Origin: Candidatus Obscuribacterales bacterium
GTDB taxonomy: Bacteria; Cyanobacteriota; Vampirovibrionia; Obscuribacterales; Obscuribacteraceae
Length of the DNA: 64,000 nucleotides
Assembly (NCBI GenBank): GCA_031292355.1
Contig: JARLHI010000040.1
Location: 36,090-100,089, forward strand
Direction of reading: 5' to 3'
Part shown: piece by piece, positions 19,163 to 27,675 of the stretch
Layout: the number at the start of each line of letters is the position of its first letter
How positions within the stretch are numbered: position 1 is the first letter of the stretch
The notes under the pieces: model-generated
The model's database searches: none
The model's input: the letters and a program-made list of their open reading frames with translations, nothing else
What the model was told of the DNA's origin: nothing
Translations under genes and position numbers: made by a program

Positions 19163-19906
19163 ATGCTGTGTACTAAACATCCCACCACGCTGAAAGGCGC
19201 CGCCGAAATCATGGACAGAGCATGCAGTGACTGCGGCAACCTGACCTACTCCGATTGCCAAATTTGCGCGCAGTGCAGCAAGGGCTATGACGAATGTCAG
19301 CGCTGTCGTGCACCGTTGAATAGTTACGTCGACCCACGCAAGCTCGCCGCATTCACGTCGCCTCTCGCTCAAGAGATTCGTAAAAACAAGCTGCTGGCCA
19401 GGGAAACCTTTCTGACCAAAAAGCATGATGCCGAGCGCAACTTTACTGTGTGCACGGCAGAATATAGAAATCTGGTGCGTGAGCAAATTGCACCACATCA
19501 GCTAATCTGCGAAAAAGCCTGCAAGCCCCACAGAGACAAAGTGGCGGCTGTGAGCGAGTCGCTGGGTGGCGAGCTGGCTGACGACAATTTGATGTTCCTG
19601 CAGAAGTCAGTGATTCATCCACGGCTCAAGGAAGCCATCGAAAAATGCGATGCGGCCTGTTTGTCTATCCAAGATAAATATGAGCATGATGTGAAGGGCT
19701 TCTTCGCGGCGTATCGCAAAGCAATAAGACCGGCGAATGCATCGTTGAAAAGGCAGGTAGCCAACGCTCAAGATGAGATGAATCAGCGAATTCGTTCGCT
19801 GGATGATCAGCTGGAAATCTTGCTATATCGTTCGACAAGAATTCGGTACATGGTCCTCGGTGCCATCAGCGATTTCTTTCGAGGCATTCTTCGTCCAAAG
19901 CGTTAG
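19163..19906 (+). CDS. zinc-ribbon (multi-CxxC) N-terminal domain protein with coiled-coil C-terminus
   Basis: CSDCGN…CQICAQCSKGYDECQRC cluster, then a helical region. Followed by a terminator. Confidence 0.55.
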   Translation: MLCTKHPTTLKGAAEIMDRACSDCGNLTYSDCQICAQCSKGYDECQRCRAPLNSYVDPRKLAAFTSPLAQEIRKNKLLARETFLTKKHDAERNFTVCTAEYRNLVREQIAPHQLICEKACKPHRDKVAAVSESLGGELADDNLMFLQKSVIHPRLKEAIEKCDAACLSIQDKYEHDVKGFFAAYRKAIRPANASLKRQVANAQDEMNQRIRSLDDQLEILLYRSTRIRYMVLGAISDFFRGILRPKR

Positions 19907-19947
19907 CCGCGTCAGGTCAACGTAGTGAAATTGAATGAGCAACAGTG

Positions 19948-19990
19948 AAACGGATGATGCGCAATCTGCATCGTCCGTTTTCTTTTATTA
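19948..19990 (+). terminator. rho-independent terminator
   Basis: 13-bp stem AAACGGATGATGC/GCATCGTCCGTTT (one mismatch) with a 7-nt loop, followed by TCTTTTATT. Confidence 0.65.
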
Positions 19991-20117
19991 CCAGTCGCAT
20001 CCCATTCGCTTCACGGAGCAAATTGGCTGAAATTGGCGGATTCCATGTTTTCCTAATAAACCCTCACACCAAAGGTGGTGCATCACCACGCGATACAAAC
20101 AGATAGAAAGACAGAAC

Positions 20118-20546
20118 ATGTATTCCCGCTTGCAACAATTCGAGACCTGTTTTACCACATTCACCGGGCAGGACTTTTTCGTAGTCTTGTTCTACATGGC
20201 GTTGGCATTTGTTGTCGCCGTCATTTTCTTTGTCGCCAATGAGCTCCTGAATTACAACCTTACGAATCTGGTGCCCCATACCGTCGACCAGGCGCGTGAA
20301 CATCACAATAGACTGAAAGATCGCATTGGCTCGGCACGAACAAACCGCAGCCCTGCGTTTGATTACGATTTTGGAGACAAATTGCTCCTAGCGGTCACCT
20401 TGTGTCTCGATGACGCCGACCGAAAGGTGGCACGCGCTCCTTCGCATATCAAAAGCTATAAGGAAGCGTGGAAAGACGTCAAACTGGCGCTGAGACAGCT
20501 TCGGGAAGTCGAGGCACTCTTCGACTACGTACCCAACGAAGATTGA
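20118..20546 (+). CDS. single-pass membrane protein, unknown function
   Basis: One TM helix (FFVVLFYMALAFVVAVIFFV). 16-nt gap to the downstream QueC-like gene. Confidence 0.5.
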   Translation: MYSRLQQFETCFTTFTGQDFFVVLFYMALAFVVAVIFFVANELLNYNLTNLVPHTVDQAREHHNRLKDRIGSARTNRSPAFDYDFGDKLLLAVTLCLDDADRKVARAPSHIKSYKEAWKDVKLALRQLREVEALFDYVPNED

Positions 20547-20562
20547 CAGTGAGGAGCTAATT

Positions 20563-21660
20563 ATGCAGGAATTGTCGATAGTGCTCAAAGAGCGTCGGCT
20601 AGAGATGAAAGGTCCAAAGGGACTGGAAAGTCTTGAGCTCGCGCAGAATTATTCTCTGACGCCGCTTTCGCGCTTTCTGTTTTCTCAGCTCGGCGCGATG
20701 TTTCTTGTTTCACCATATGTTGAGCCTCGAATTCGGACGAATTTTCAAATCTGTCCGGAGATACGCTCGCTCTTTGCTGGCATGTATGAGTCGCTTCAAC
20801 AAGCTCCTCCTCGATTCTTCTCGTCGGACGATCAGCCGTGGCAACTTCCAACTCTCCGTGAACCTTCGCTTCAGCGAGCAGCTGTTGCTCACGGAGGGGG
20901 CAAGGATTCGCTGCGCAACATCTGGTGGGCTGAAGAAGAATACGGAAGAGAAAACGTCCTAGCAGTACATGTAAGTGGGCTGAATCGAGCGGTTGCAAAA
21001 CGCGAGCATGAATATTGCGATCGTCAACAGAAAGAGTTGGGGTTTCACAACTTCAAATTTGTCGAGCTCAAGAACGGCTCGCGAAGCGCCGGACATGAAA
21101 TCATGCGCGCCAGAGACTTCTTTCTCCTGGCGTTAATCATTCCGGATGCACTCGAGTTTGGAGCTTCCACTGTTATCACCGAGGGCTATGCTGAGACAAA
21201 GGAGAATGAGCCGTTTTCTGGAAAGGTTGAGAACATGCGGTTCTTCAATCAGATATTGAGTCGGCTCAAGATTCCATGTCAGGTCGCCTGGCGCGATAGA
21301 GAAGAAGTTTACGCCGTGAAAGATCTGCTCATTCACCGCAGTGGGTGGCTCGATCACGTCGCCAACTGTTTCACCCCGGCAAAATACTTTGGTGTTTATC
21401 GTAGCTGCTGGGAGCGCAACGCACCATCACTTCGACTCTACGATTCACAGTGTGGCTCGTGTCCAAAATGCCGGACGGTAAATCTGGCGAGGATTCTTTA
21501 CGACAAGCGCACCACTGATAATTTGGCATTGTCAGATGCGCAGTATTTTCTCGCCAACACAAAAAGCTGGATGGGCAGGAATCGGGTCAAATTCGCCGAT
21601 TTCATTGACGGTAGTTTTGGCGAAGAATTTGCCAGAGCCTGTCAACGGTATTCTCGTTAG
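20563..21660 (+). CDS. QueC-like PP-loop ATP pyrophosphatase (adenine nucleotide alpha-hydrolase superfamily) with ~110-aa N-terminal extension
   Basis: PP-loop HGGGKDS (SGGxDS-like). Blocks align to QueC: IMRARDFFLLALI ~ VPGRNILFLTLA, ITEGYAETKENEPFSGK ~ ITGVCETDFSGYPDCR, and C-terminal CGSCPKCRTVNLARIL ~ CGHCAACNLRANGL. No queD/queE/queF nearby. Confidence 0.65.
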   Translation: MQELSIVLKERRLEMKGPKGLESLELAQNYSLTPLSRFLFSQLGAMFLVSPYVEPRIRTNFQICPEIRSLFAGMYESLQQAPPRFFSSDDQPWQLPTLREPSLQRAAVAHGGGKDSLRNIWWAEEEYGRENVLAVHVSGLNRAVAKREHEYCDRQQKELGFHNFKFVELKNGSRSAGHEIMRARDFFLLALIIPDALEFGASTVITEGYAETKENEPFSGKVENMRFFNQILSRLKIPCQVAWRDREEVYAVKDLLIHRSGWLDHVANCFTPAKYFGVYRSCWERNAPSLRLYDSQCGSCPKCRTVNLARILYDKRTTDNLALSDAQYFLANTKSWMGRNRVKFADFIDGSFGEEFARACQRYSR

Positions 21661-21748
21661 CTCAACGGTTTTTTAGATAGAACCTGGCTGCAGTCATCGG
21701 ATTGATGCAGACCAGGTTCCATTGCAGCATGTTTTTGTGGAGACTAAC

Positions 21749-22405
21749 ATGACCCAAAGCAAGCAACCAGCAAAGAATAAAGTGTCTTACGAACATCTTC
21801 GCGAAGTCGGCGACCGTTTAATGGCGAGTCTCAGACCGCATTTCGAAAAGCTTTATCGCGAGCACAATCCTCTCAACGTGACGTTTCTCCATCCGGGTAG
21901 CCTCATGTGCAAACAGTTGCTCTCGAAGGAAGAGCCGTGGATTACTCACGTGCACAAGGGATACTATTTGGTCCGTGCAAATTCGCTATTTGTGGTTCTC
22001 GATGAAGCGCTGCCCGAAGCTGTTTTGCCGAAGGCTTTCGAGGGCATTCCTGTGGATTATGTCGTCTATCATGCTCCGCAAAAGACTGCTTGTTATCGCG
22101 ACAAAAATATGAGAACGCCCGAGTGGAAAGCCGCCATCACCGAAGCGACAGCGCTCTGGTCGCGGCTTTGCGAAGAATTTTACTCTGCTCATGGTGACGG
22201 TGGTTCATGCGTATTGGGTGCTGGAATTGCGGTAAGGTATTTGCCTCCGCGGTGCCGTAACACAACGCTGGAAATTGTTATCCATGACTATCAAGGGTTT
22301 CGCAGCCAATCTTGCGCAGTGCACGAGGCGACCAAAATGGAAGTAATCATTTTTCTCGCAAGCAAGGGCATCGAGGCCGTTTGGGATGCAGGTCATATGG
22401 GCTGA
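21749..22405 (+). CDS. hypothetical protein (218 aa), third gene of the QueC-like operon
   Basis: ORF 21722..22405 re-started at MTQSK after GGAG. No recognisable motif. Confidence 0.5.
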   Translation: MTQSKQPAKNKVSYEHLREVGDRLMASLRPHFEKLYREHNPLNVTFLHPGSLMCKQLLSKEEPWITHVHKGYYLVRANSLFVVLDEALPEAVLPKAFEGIPVDYVVYHAPQKTACYRDKNMRTPEWKAAITEATALWSRLCEEFYSAHGDGGSCVLGAGIAVRYLPPRCRNTTLEIVIHDYQGFRSQSCAVHEATKMEVIIFLASKGIEAVWDAGHMG

Positions 22406-22489
22406 CATCTGCAAAGGTGTTGGAAAGAGCGATCTAAACGAGGGTGTAAGCGGTATTTCCAAAATGCCGCTCACATTTTTTAGAATTGA

Positions 22490-22501
22490 CTTTGCCTAAA
22501 A
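22490..22501 (+). repeat. conserved intergenic 12-mer, site 3
   Basis: Exact 12-mer. Context GAATTGACTTTGCCTAAAAAGAAG. Confidence 0.6.
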
Positions 22502-22965
22502 AGAAGTGAGTTTCACCTAACGTTTGCATCGCTAGTATCTGCTAGGCAGTCCACTATTTGTTCATCAGCGCATACCGGTTTACCTTCGCCAGTCTGATTT
22601 GCTGACCACTTCTTCCATTATCTTGAACTTCTAGGCTGTCGCTTAGCCTTATCTGTGCAGGCTTCTAGGGCTTATGTGTCGATAGCCGCGAGTTCCGTAG
22701 GAGCCGCCTATGAGTTGCGATGTCATCGTCATGACGAGCAGAATGAAGTCACACATCCAATTAAAACTAATTTGCCTGAAAGCTAACTCCATCTTCTAAT
22801 TATCTCGATCATCTAAATCAATCTAGTACTCGTAATGTGAGTGCAGGCTCGCTCGCTAGAGATCTGCTTGGGCATTAGAGACTCAATAATCTCCGCGCTT
22901 TTTTGGAACACAAGGCGCTGAGTGATGAAGACAACCTCGACCACAAACCTTTATGGAGACAAAGG

Positions 22966-23187
22966 ATGACTGATATGAATGATACGACCAACGAAGTGCA
23001 GGCGGTGGCCAGCGAAGCGATCGGTAAGACGCTTCGCGAAGCCGATGCTCTAATCTCTGCTGCTGGATTCGTGAGCAATGTGGCTTTCAATCATGGGAAG
23101 GCCATTCCCGGCATTCTCAACTTCAGAGGCGGGCGCATACAACTTCACGTCAGAGACGACATAGTCTTCGACGCAAAGGTCGGCTGA
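22966..23187 (+). CDS. potato inhibitor I (I13) family serine protease inhibitor, copy 2
   Basis: 73 aa, IGKTLREADALI…GGRIQLHVRDDIVFDAKVG. About 50% identical to copy 1, same family signature. ATG after AAAGGA. Confidence 0.65.
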   Translation: MTDMNDTTNEVQAVASEAIGKTLREADALISAAGFVSNVAFNHGKAIPGILNFRGGRIQLHVRDDIVFDAKVG

Positions 23188-23226
23188 CTGGCGAATAGCT
23201 CGAAAAGCATAAGAAAAGGAACGGTT

Positions 23227-23793
23227 ATGAAAAATGGAAATAGCAAATCCCAGTTAAGATCGCTTAATCGCGCCGCTCATCGCGTGTTTGGCGATTTGTT
23301 CTCTATCGGCGAACCACTTCCGATCAATTCTATCAGCGGCGACGAGCTTTCCAATTGCGATCCAACTGATGGATTGGCGAAGTTTGTTCAAAACTTCCAA
23401 ATGGTCATTTGTCCGGTGCTCCGACACGAACACCTTATGTGCACCTTCACAATGTTGAAGGAAGGAAGTTCCTGGGGACTACACTCGTTCACTTATGGAA
23501 CGTCGACTGAAAGTCAAGTTTTGTTCAGTCAGGTTGCCGAGTGCAAAAAAACTATAGGGCACACTGATTTTCGATTAATCGATTTCAACAGTCTAAATCG
23601 TCAGTGCTTGAGTTATAACACTCCCGCTGGTCTGAGACTTTATTGTCTTCGTTACTGGCCGAACGATCCCGACCTAATTCGGCGCAGCAGAGATCCTATC
23701 GTTTTACTGAACTTTTTCAAAGAAGAGTGGGCGAGAAAGAAGAAGATGATCGACGAGAACACTTCTTCTGATCTCGTTGGCGGCTCTAGCTAG
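23227..23793 (+). CDS. hypothetical protein (188 aa)
   Basis: ORF 40 nt after I13 copy 2. No recognisable domain. Confidence 0.5.
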   Translation: MKNGNSKSQLRSLNRAAHRVFGDLFSIGEPLPINSISGDELSNCDPTDGLAKFVQNFQMVICPVLRHEHLMCTFTMLKEGSSWGLHSFTYGTSTESQVLFSQVAECKKTIGHTDFRLIDFNSLNRQCLSYNTPAGLRLYCLRYWPNDPDLIRRSRDPIVLLNFFKEEWARKKKMIDENTSSDLVGGSS

Positions 23794-23935
23794 TTAGAAC
23801 AAACAAGATGTGTTGCACTGGCTTCGCTCGTGCAGCACATCTTAGACTAGTTCTTTTCAATTTTGAGGTTGCGACTTTGCTTTAAATGATATTTTAAGCA
23901 ATAATTCGTATGAAAAATGAGTATCCGAGCCGGTG

Positions 23936-23957
23936 CGAGAGACCCACCGGTCTCTCG
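23936..23957. terminator. bidirectional hairpin between convergent genes
   Basis: Perfect 9-bp stem CGAGAGACC/GGTCTCTCG with a CACC loop, 21 nt downstream of the minus-strand gene ending at 23981. T-richness is only moderate on both sides. Confidence 0.5.
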
Positions 23958-23980
23958 TTCCAGACTGGCTTTCTCTGAGT

Positions 23981-24367
23981 TCAGTACAGCACTGATGCTG
24001 CGCGCTCACCACCTCCGCGGCTGACGATTTCGTCTTCGAGCTTGTAGTGTTCGCTGAGAACGACGAAGCCAGTCAAAACCAAAGCGACGGTCCAGAACGA
24101 AACAACGTCCGTCCCTGACCAACTGTCCCCGGCAATGAAGCGCATCGAGAACATTACGGCGAGCATACTCACGAATGACGTTCCGAGAAGGAATTGCGAT
24201 CTTTCGAGTCGCTTCCAGGGCATGCGATCGATTTTGCGCATTGCGTCGCTCGCCTGCAGCACTTGCAAATGCGCCGCATTCGTGCGACGACTGAGGTTGT
24301 TATACAAAGCGAGTAATGGAACGCTAAAGAGCGCCACTATGACAAGAACAACAGTGTGAGGCACCAT
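23981..24367 (-). CDS. small three-helix membrane protein, last gene of the SPFH operon
   Basis: Three predicted TM helices. Directly downstream of the two SPFH genes. No NfeD-like OB region is evident. Confidence 0.5.
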   Translation of the reverse strand: MVPHTVVLVIVALFSVPLLALYNNLSRRTNAAHLQVLQASDAMRKIDRMPWKRLERSQFLLGTSFVSMLAVMFSMRFIAGDSWSGTDVVSFWTVALVLTGFVVLSEHYKLEDEIVSRGGGERAASVLY

Positions 24368-24472
24368 CGGTGTTTCCTTTTTTTATGGTTTGTCGAATCC
24401 TTGCTGTGAAGAAGAAAGGCAGTAGTACAGTCAACTTCGACTGTACCACTGCCTTTGTGGAGCAAAGATGCG

Positions 24473-25426
24473 TTACTTGCTGTCCGAACTGGCCAGCAGT
24501 TGACCGACAGCAAAGTCACTGGCGGTGCTCGAATTCTGAGGCACCATCAGCACCTTGGTCGCGGCGACGCCGATCTTGAGCAGCGTATCCATGTCGAGTT
24601 GCTTGTTCAGAATGACGAGGATCTCACGGCGAAGTGAGCGCTTTTCCTCGGCAGTCGCTTTGCCCAGACCGAGCGCTGTGCCGAGCGACTTGATGGAGTT
24701 GGCATAGGCTCTGCCGATTGCGATACGCTGCAGACCCACGCCTTCACCGCCAAGTTTCATCTTCTGCTTGTTGGCAGTCGCTCGGGCAACGGTCTGAATC
24801 TTGTTCGTCTCGCCCTGAGCCTCTGCCGTCAGCTTCTTCTGAGTCTGCTCGTAGACCGCATCACGTGCGTCTTTGACAGTCGTCGGCAGGATGATATTGT
24901 TCAGATTGACGCTGAGAATATCGTATCCATTGTCTTCGAGGAAGTGCTCGAGTTCCTCTCTGACCGCCAGAACGATGCCGGTGGTGTCGGTGAACACCTC
25001 TTCGAGGTCCATTCTGGGCGCCTTGGCGAATGCCACCTTGCCGACATGGGACTCGATTTGCTTGAGGGGCTCGCGCAGATTGAACATGGCTTCGCGTTCG
25101 CGACCCGTCTTGACCCGAATCGCGATGGTCAGTTCGAGTACGACGGGAACCTTGTCCTTTGTGGTCGTGTTGACCTTGATCACGTGCTGCTGACTTTGCA
25201 GCGACCAAGGCGCCGTCAGCGTCTCGAAGATCGGCAGTTTCAGGCAGGGACCGGAACCGACGATCTTGATGAATCTCCCCTGACGAAGCTTCGCCCGGAA
25301 GTGCTTGGGCGGAGTGATTCGAATGCTGCCGATCAGTGTGCATATGAAGAGGATCGCCAGGACGGCTGTGAGACCGAGAGTGACGTAGAAACCGATGTTC
25401 GATGAATCTTCCATTGTAGACTCCAA
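24473..25426 (-). CDS. SPFH/Band-7 (stomatin/flotillin-like) membrane protein, paralog B
   Basis: N-terminal TM, then an SPFH core (…TKDKVPVVLELTIAIRV…, NGYDILSVNLNNIILP…). About 45% identical to the upstream paralog. Confidence 0.75.
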   Translation of the reverse strand: MESTMEDSSNIGFYVTLGLTAVLAILFICTLIGSIRITPPKHFRAKLRQGRFIKIVGSGPCLKLPIFETLTAPWSLQSQQHVIKVNTTTKDKVPVVLELTIAIRVKTGREREAMFNLREPLKQIESHVGKVAFAKAPRMDLEEVFTDTTGIVLAVREELEHFLEDNGYDILSVNLNNIILPTTVKDARDAVYEQTQKKLTAEAQGETNKIQTVARATANKQKMKLGGEGVGLQRIAIGRAYANSIKSLGTALGLGKATAEEKRSLRREILVILNKQLDMDTLLKIGVAATKVLMVPQNSSTASDFAVGQLLASSDSK

Positions 25427-25498
25427 TAGTGCTTGGCTTGAACAGCCGACAGGTTTCGTTGCAGGTTTTCGCTTGTTCTTAGGTCGTGTTTAAGCGAC

Positions 25499-26458
25499 CT
25501 AGGCTGCGAGAACCCCCTTGTCGGTGACACCGAGGTTGTGCTGGAACACCAGAACCGTGCCGGTCGAAGTGCCGACCTTCACGAGAGTCGCGAGCTCGAG
25601 CTGCCGATTGAGCAACTTGGTGATCTCGTCGTGCAGTTCCTTCTTCTCTTCCTCGGGAGCGTCTTCAAGTTCGAGAGCTTCGCTCAGTTCGTTGATGGTG
25701 ACGACAGAAGCATCTGCAATCGCCATACGCTCTTCGCCGACGCCTTCACCGTCGAGCTGCCGTTCGATCTTGTCGGCTTCGGCCGCTGCGAGAACCAGAA
25801 CGGCTGCTGTTTCACCGGCAGCCTTTGCGGCGATCTGCAGCTGGGTGTTCACGTAGACCGCATCGCGCGACTTCTGAACCGAATCCGGCAGGGTGATGCC
25901 GTTGAGGTTCACCGAAAGAATGTCGTAGCCGTTGTCGTTCAGGAATTTCGAGATATCCGTCGCGATAGCGGCGATGACCTTGCCAGAGTCGCCGTAGAGG
26001 GTGTCGAGATCCATGGTGGGCACGAGCGCGAGTGCGACTTTGCCAACATGGGACTCGATCTGCGGAACGGGATCGGCCAGGTTGAACATCGCTTGTTCTT
26101 CTTTGCCGCGCTGAACCCGGATGGCGACATTGAGCAGAAGCGAAACCGCGACCTTGTCCTTGGTTGTCGTGGTGACGGTGATCGCATACTGGACGCTCTG
26201 CAGCGAGAAGGGCTCCGAGAGCGAGTGCAGAATCGGCACGACGATGCACCAGCCCTCATGGACGATCTTGACGAAGTTGCCCATTCGCATCTTAGCGCGG
26301 AACGTCATGGTCTGCGTCTTGCGAACGAATATGGCGATGAACAAGGTGGCGGCGACGAGCACCGTACCGAGTAGAAGTATGGCTGTCTGAAAAAGTTGCA
26401 TGAGAAGACTCTCCTTAAGGTTGGTTGATTTCTCTTCTGTGCTCTTTTTATTTGGCAT
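25499..26458 (-). CDS. SPFH/Band-7 membrane protein, paralog A
   Basis: Same architecture as paralog B (…TKDKVAVSLLLNVAIRV…, NGYDILSVNLNGITLP…). Confidence 0.75.
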   Translation of the reverse strand: MPNKKSTEEKSTNLKESLLMQLFQTAILLLGTVLVAATLFIAIFVRKTQTMTFRAKMRMGNFVKIVHEGWCIVVPILHSLSEPFSLQSVQYAITVTTTTKDKVAVSLLLNVAIRVQRGKEEQAMFNLADPVPQIESHVGKVALALVPTMDLDTLYGDSGKVIAAIATDISKFLNDNGYDILSVNLNGITLPDSVQKSRDAVYVNTQLQIAAKAAGETAAVLVLAAAEADKIERQLDGEGVGEERMAIADASVVTINELSEALELEDAPEEEKKELHDEITKLLNRQLELATLVKVGTSTGTVLVFQHNLGVTDKGVLAA

Positions 26459-27037
26459 GGATTCTTTGACGACGCGTTCACTCCGACAGTTTGAGGCTGC
26501 AGAAGAAGTGTCAAAGAAGGTGAGGCGCTTAGAGACTAAATGGTTGTGTGCCAGAAAAAGAGGAGAACAGAAGATAACTTACCGTATGACACTCATTCAC
26601 CTTCGTTCAACGGACTATACAAATTTAAATATGAACAACGGCCCTGGTGGGGGGGTTCCCTATTGCCCAGAAGGCTGATTGGGCTCAAGCGCGCGCACAG
26701 TCTGCAGCGATTTACGCTGATACATCGAGCCCTTGGTTAGCTCGCGCGAGGGCGTTCTATCCGTTGTCGCCAGTGGTGTACATGTGCGCGGCTTAAGGAA
26801 TGCCGCGTGCTGTGGCGCGCTTGGCAGAGTTCTGTCTCAATGATTGCTTGTTAATTTATCGTTTTCAGGCGTGATTTTAAGATGCAATTTATAAAGGCTG
26901 GATAGCATTTTTAGTCGACTTTTACTTAGGGTCAATTTACTTAACTCACTTCAACATCTTCGCGGAATAGCTAAAGCAACAGCCTTCACTTTCAATCAAA
27001 CTTTCATAACAGTACTCAAACAGAGGAGTGCGCGGTC

Positions 27038-27592
27038 ATGTATCGACTTATCGAAATTCCGTTATGCCTCATGCTCTGGTATGTGTTTTATTCGTTTTTG
27101 GAATATACAGAGCATCGCTGGTTATTGCATAAAATGCGTGTGGCTAATTCGCTTCAAAGTGAATGGCTTCGCCAGATGTGCCGCAATCACATGAAGCTTC
27201 ATCACGGACGTGACTACGAACACGATGAGCATCATCAAGACGATAATCCATTGCAACTGGCAATCGTCGGTTTCTTTCCTAGTCTTCTGGCGGCCTTTTT
27301 CGTGCATAAATTGGACGCCTTCGCGGCTAAGCTGCTTATCAGTTATGGAGCCGCCTATGCAGTGTTGTTTTATGTAGTACATCTTGAAATGCACCTCAGG
27401 CGGGGTTGGTTCTTTTCCAAAACATGGCTGTTTAGAAAGCTTGATGAACGTCATCGCGATCATCACGTTCAGCCAAATAGCAACTACAACGTCGTTCTGC
27501 CATTGTTCGATTGGATTTTCAGAACAACTGCAAGCAAACATCGCGTACTTCCAAGAATAGTCAAAGCTGTTAATGAGAGTAAAAATGGTTAG
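27038..27592 (+). CDS. fatty acid hydroxylase superfamily membrane enzyme (sterol desaturase / carotene hydroxylase-like)
   Basis: Three His boxes: HRWLLH, HHGRDYEHDEHH and HRDHH, plus the C-terminal NYNVVLPLFDWIF motif typical of the family. Transcribed divergently from the SPFH operon. Confidence 0.7.
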   Translation: MYRLIEIPLCLMLWYVFYSFLEYTEHRWLLHKMRVANSLQSEWLRQMCRNHMKLHHGRDYEHDEHHQDDNPLQLAIVGFFPSLLAAFFVHKLDAFAAKLLISYGAAYAVLFYVVHLEMHLRRGWFFSKTWLFRKLDERHRDHHVQPNSNYNVVLPLFDWIFRTTASKHRVLPRIVKAVNESKNG

Positions 27593-27626
27593 GCATGGCT
27601 TGGCTGAAATGGTTTTAGAACTCGGT

Positions 27627-27675
27627 AAGAGCGGCGAAAATGCTATATTCCGCTCTTTTTCTTTTGCTTTTTATT
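27627..27675 (+). terminator. rho-independent terminator
   Basis: 8-bp stem AAGAGCGG/CCGCTCTT, followed by TTTTCTTTTGCTTTTT. Confidence 0.7.

Noticed and set aside
24861-26390. ORFs 24861..25343(-), 24944..25405(+), 25538..26374(+), 25812..26249(-) and others
   Set aside because: Alternative-frame and antisense ORFs inside the two SPFH genes. The SPFH frames have recognisable domain motifs and proper starts.
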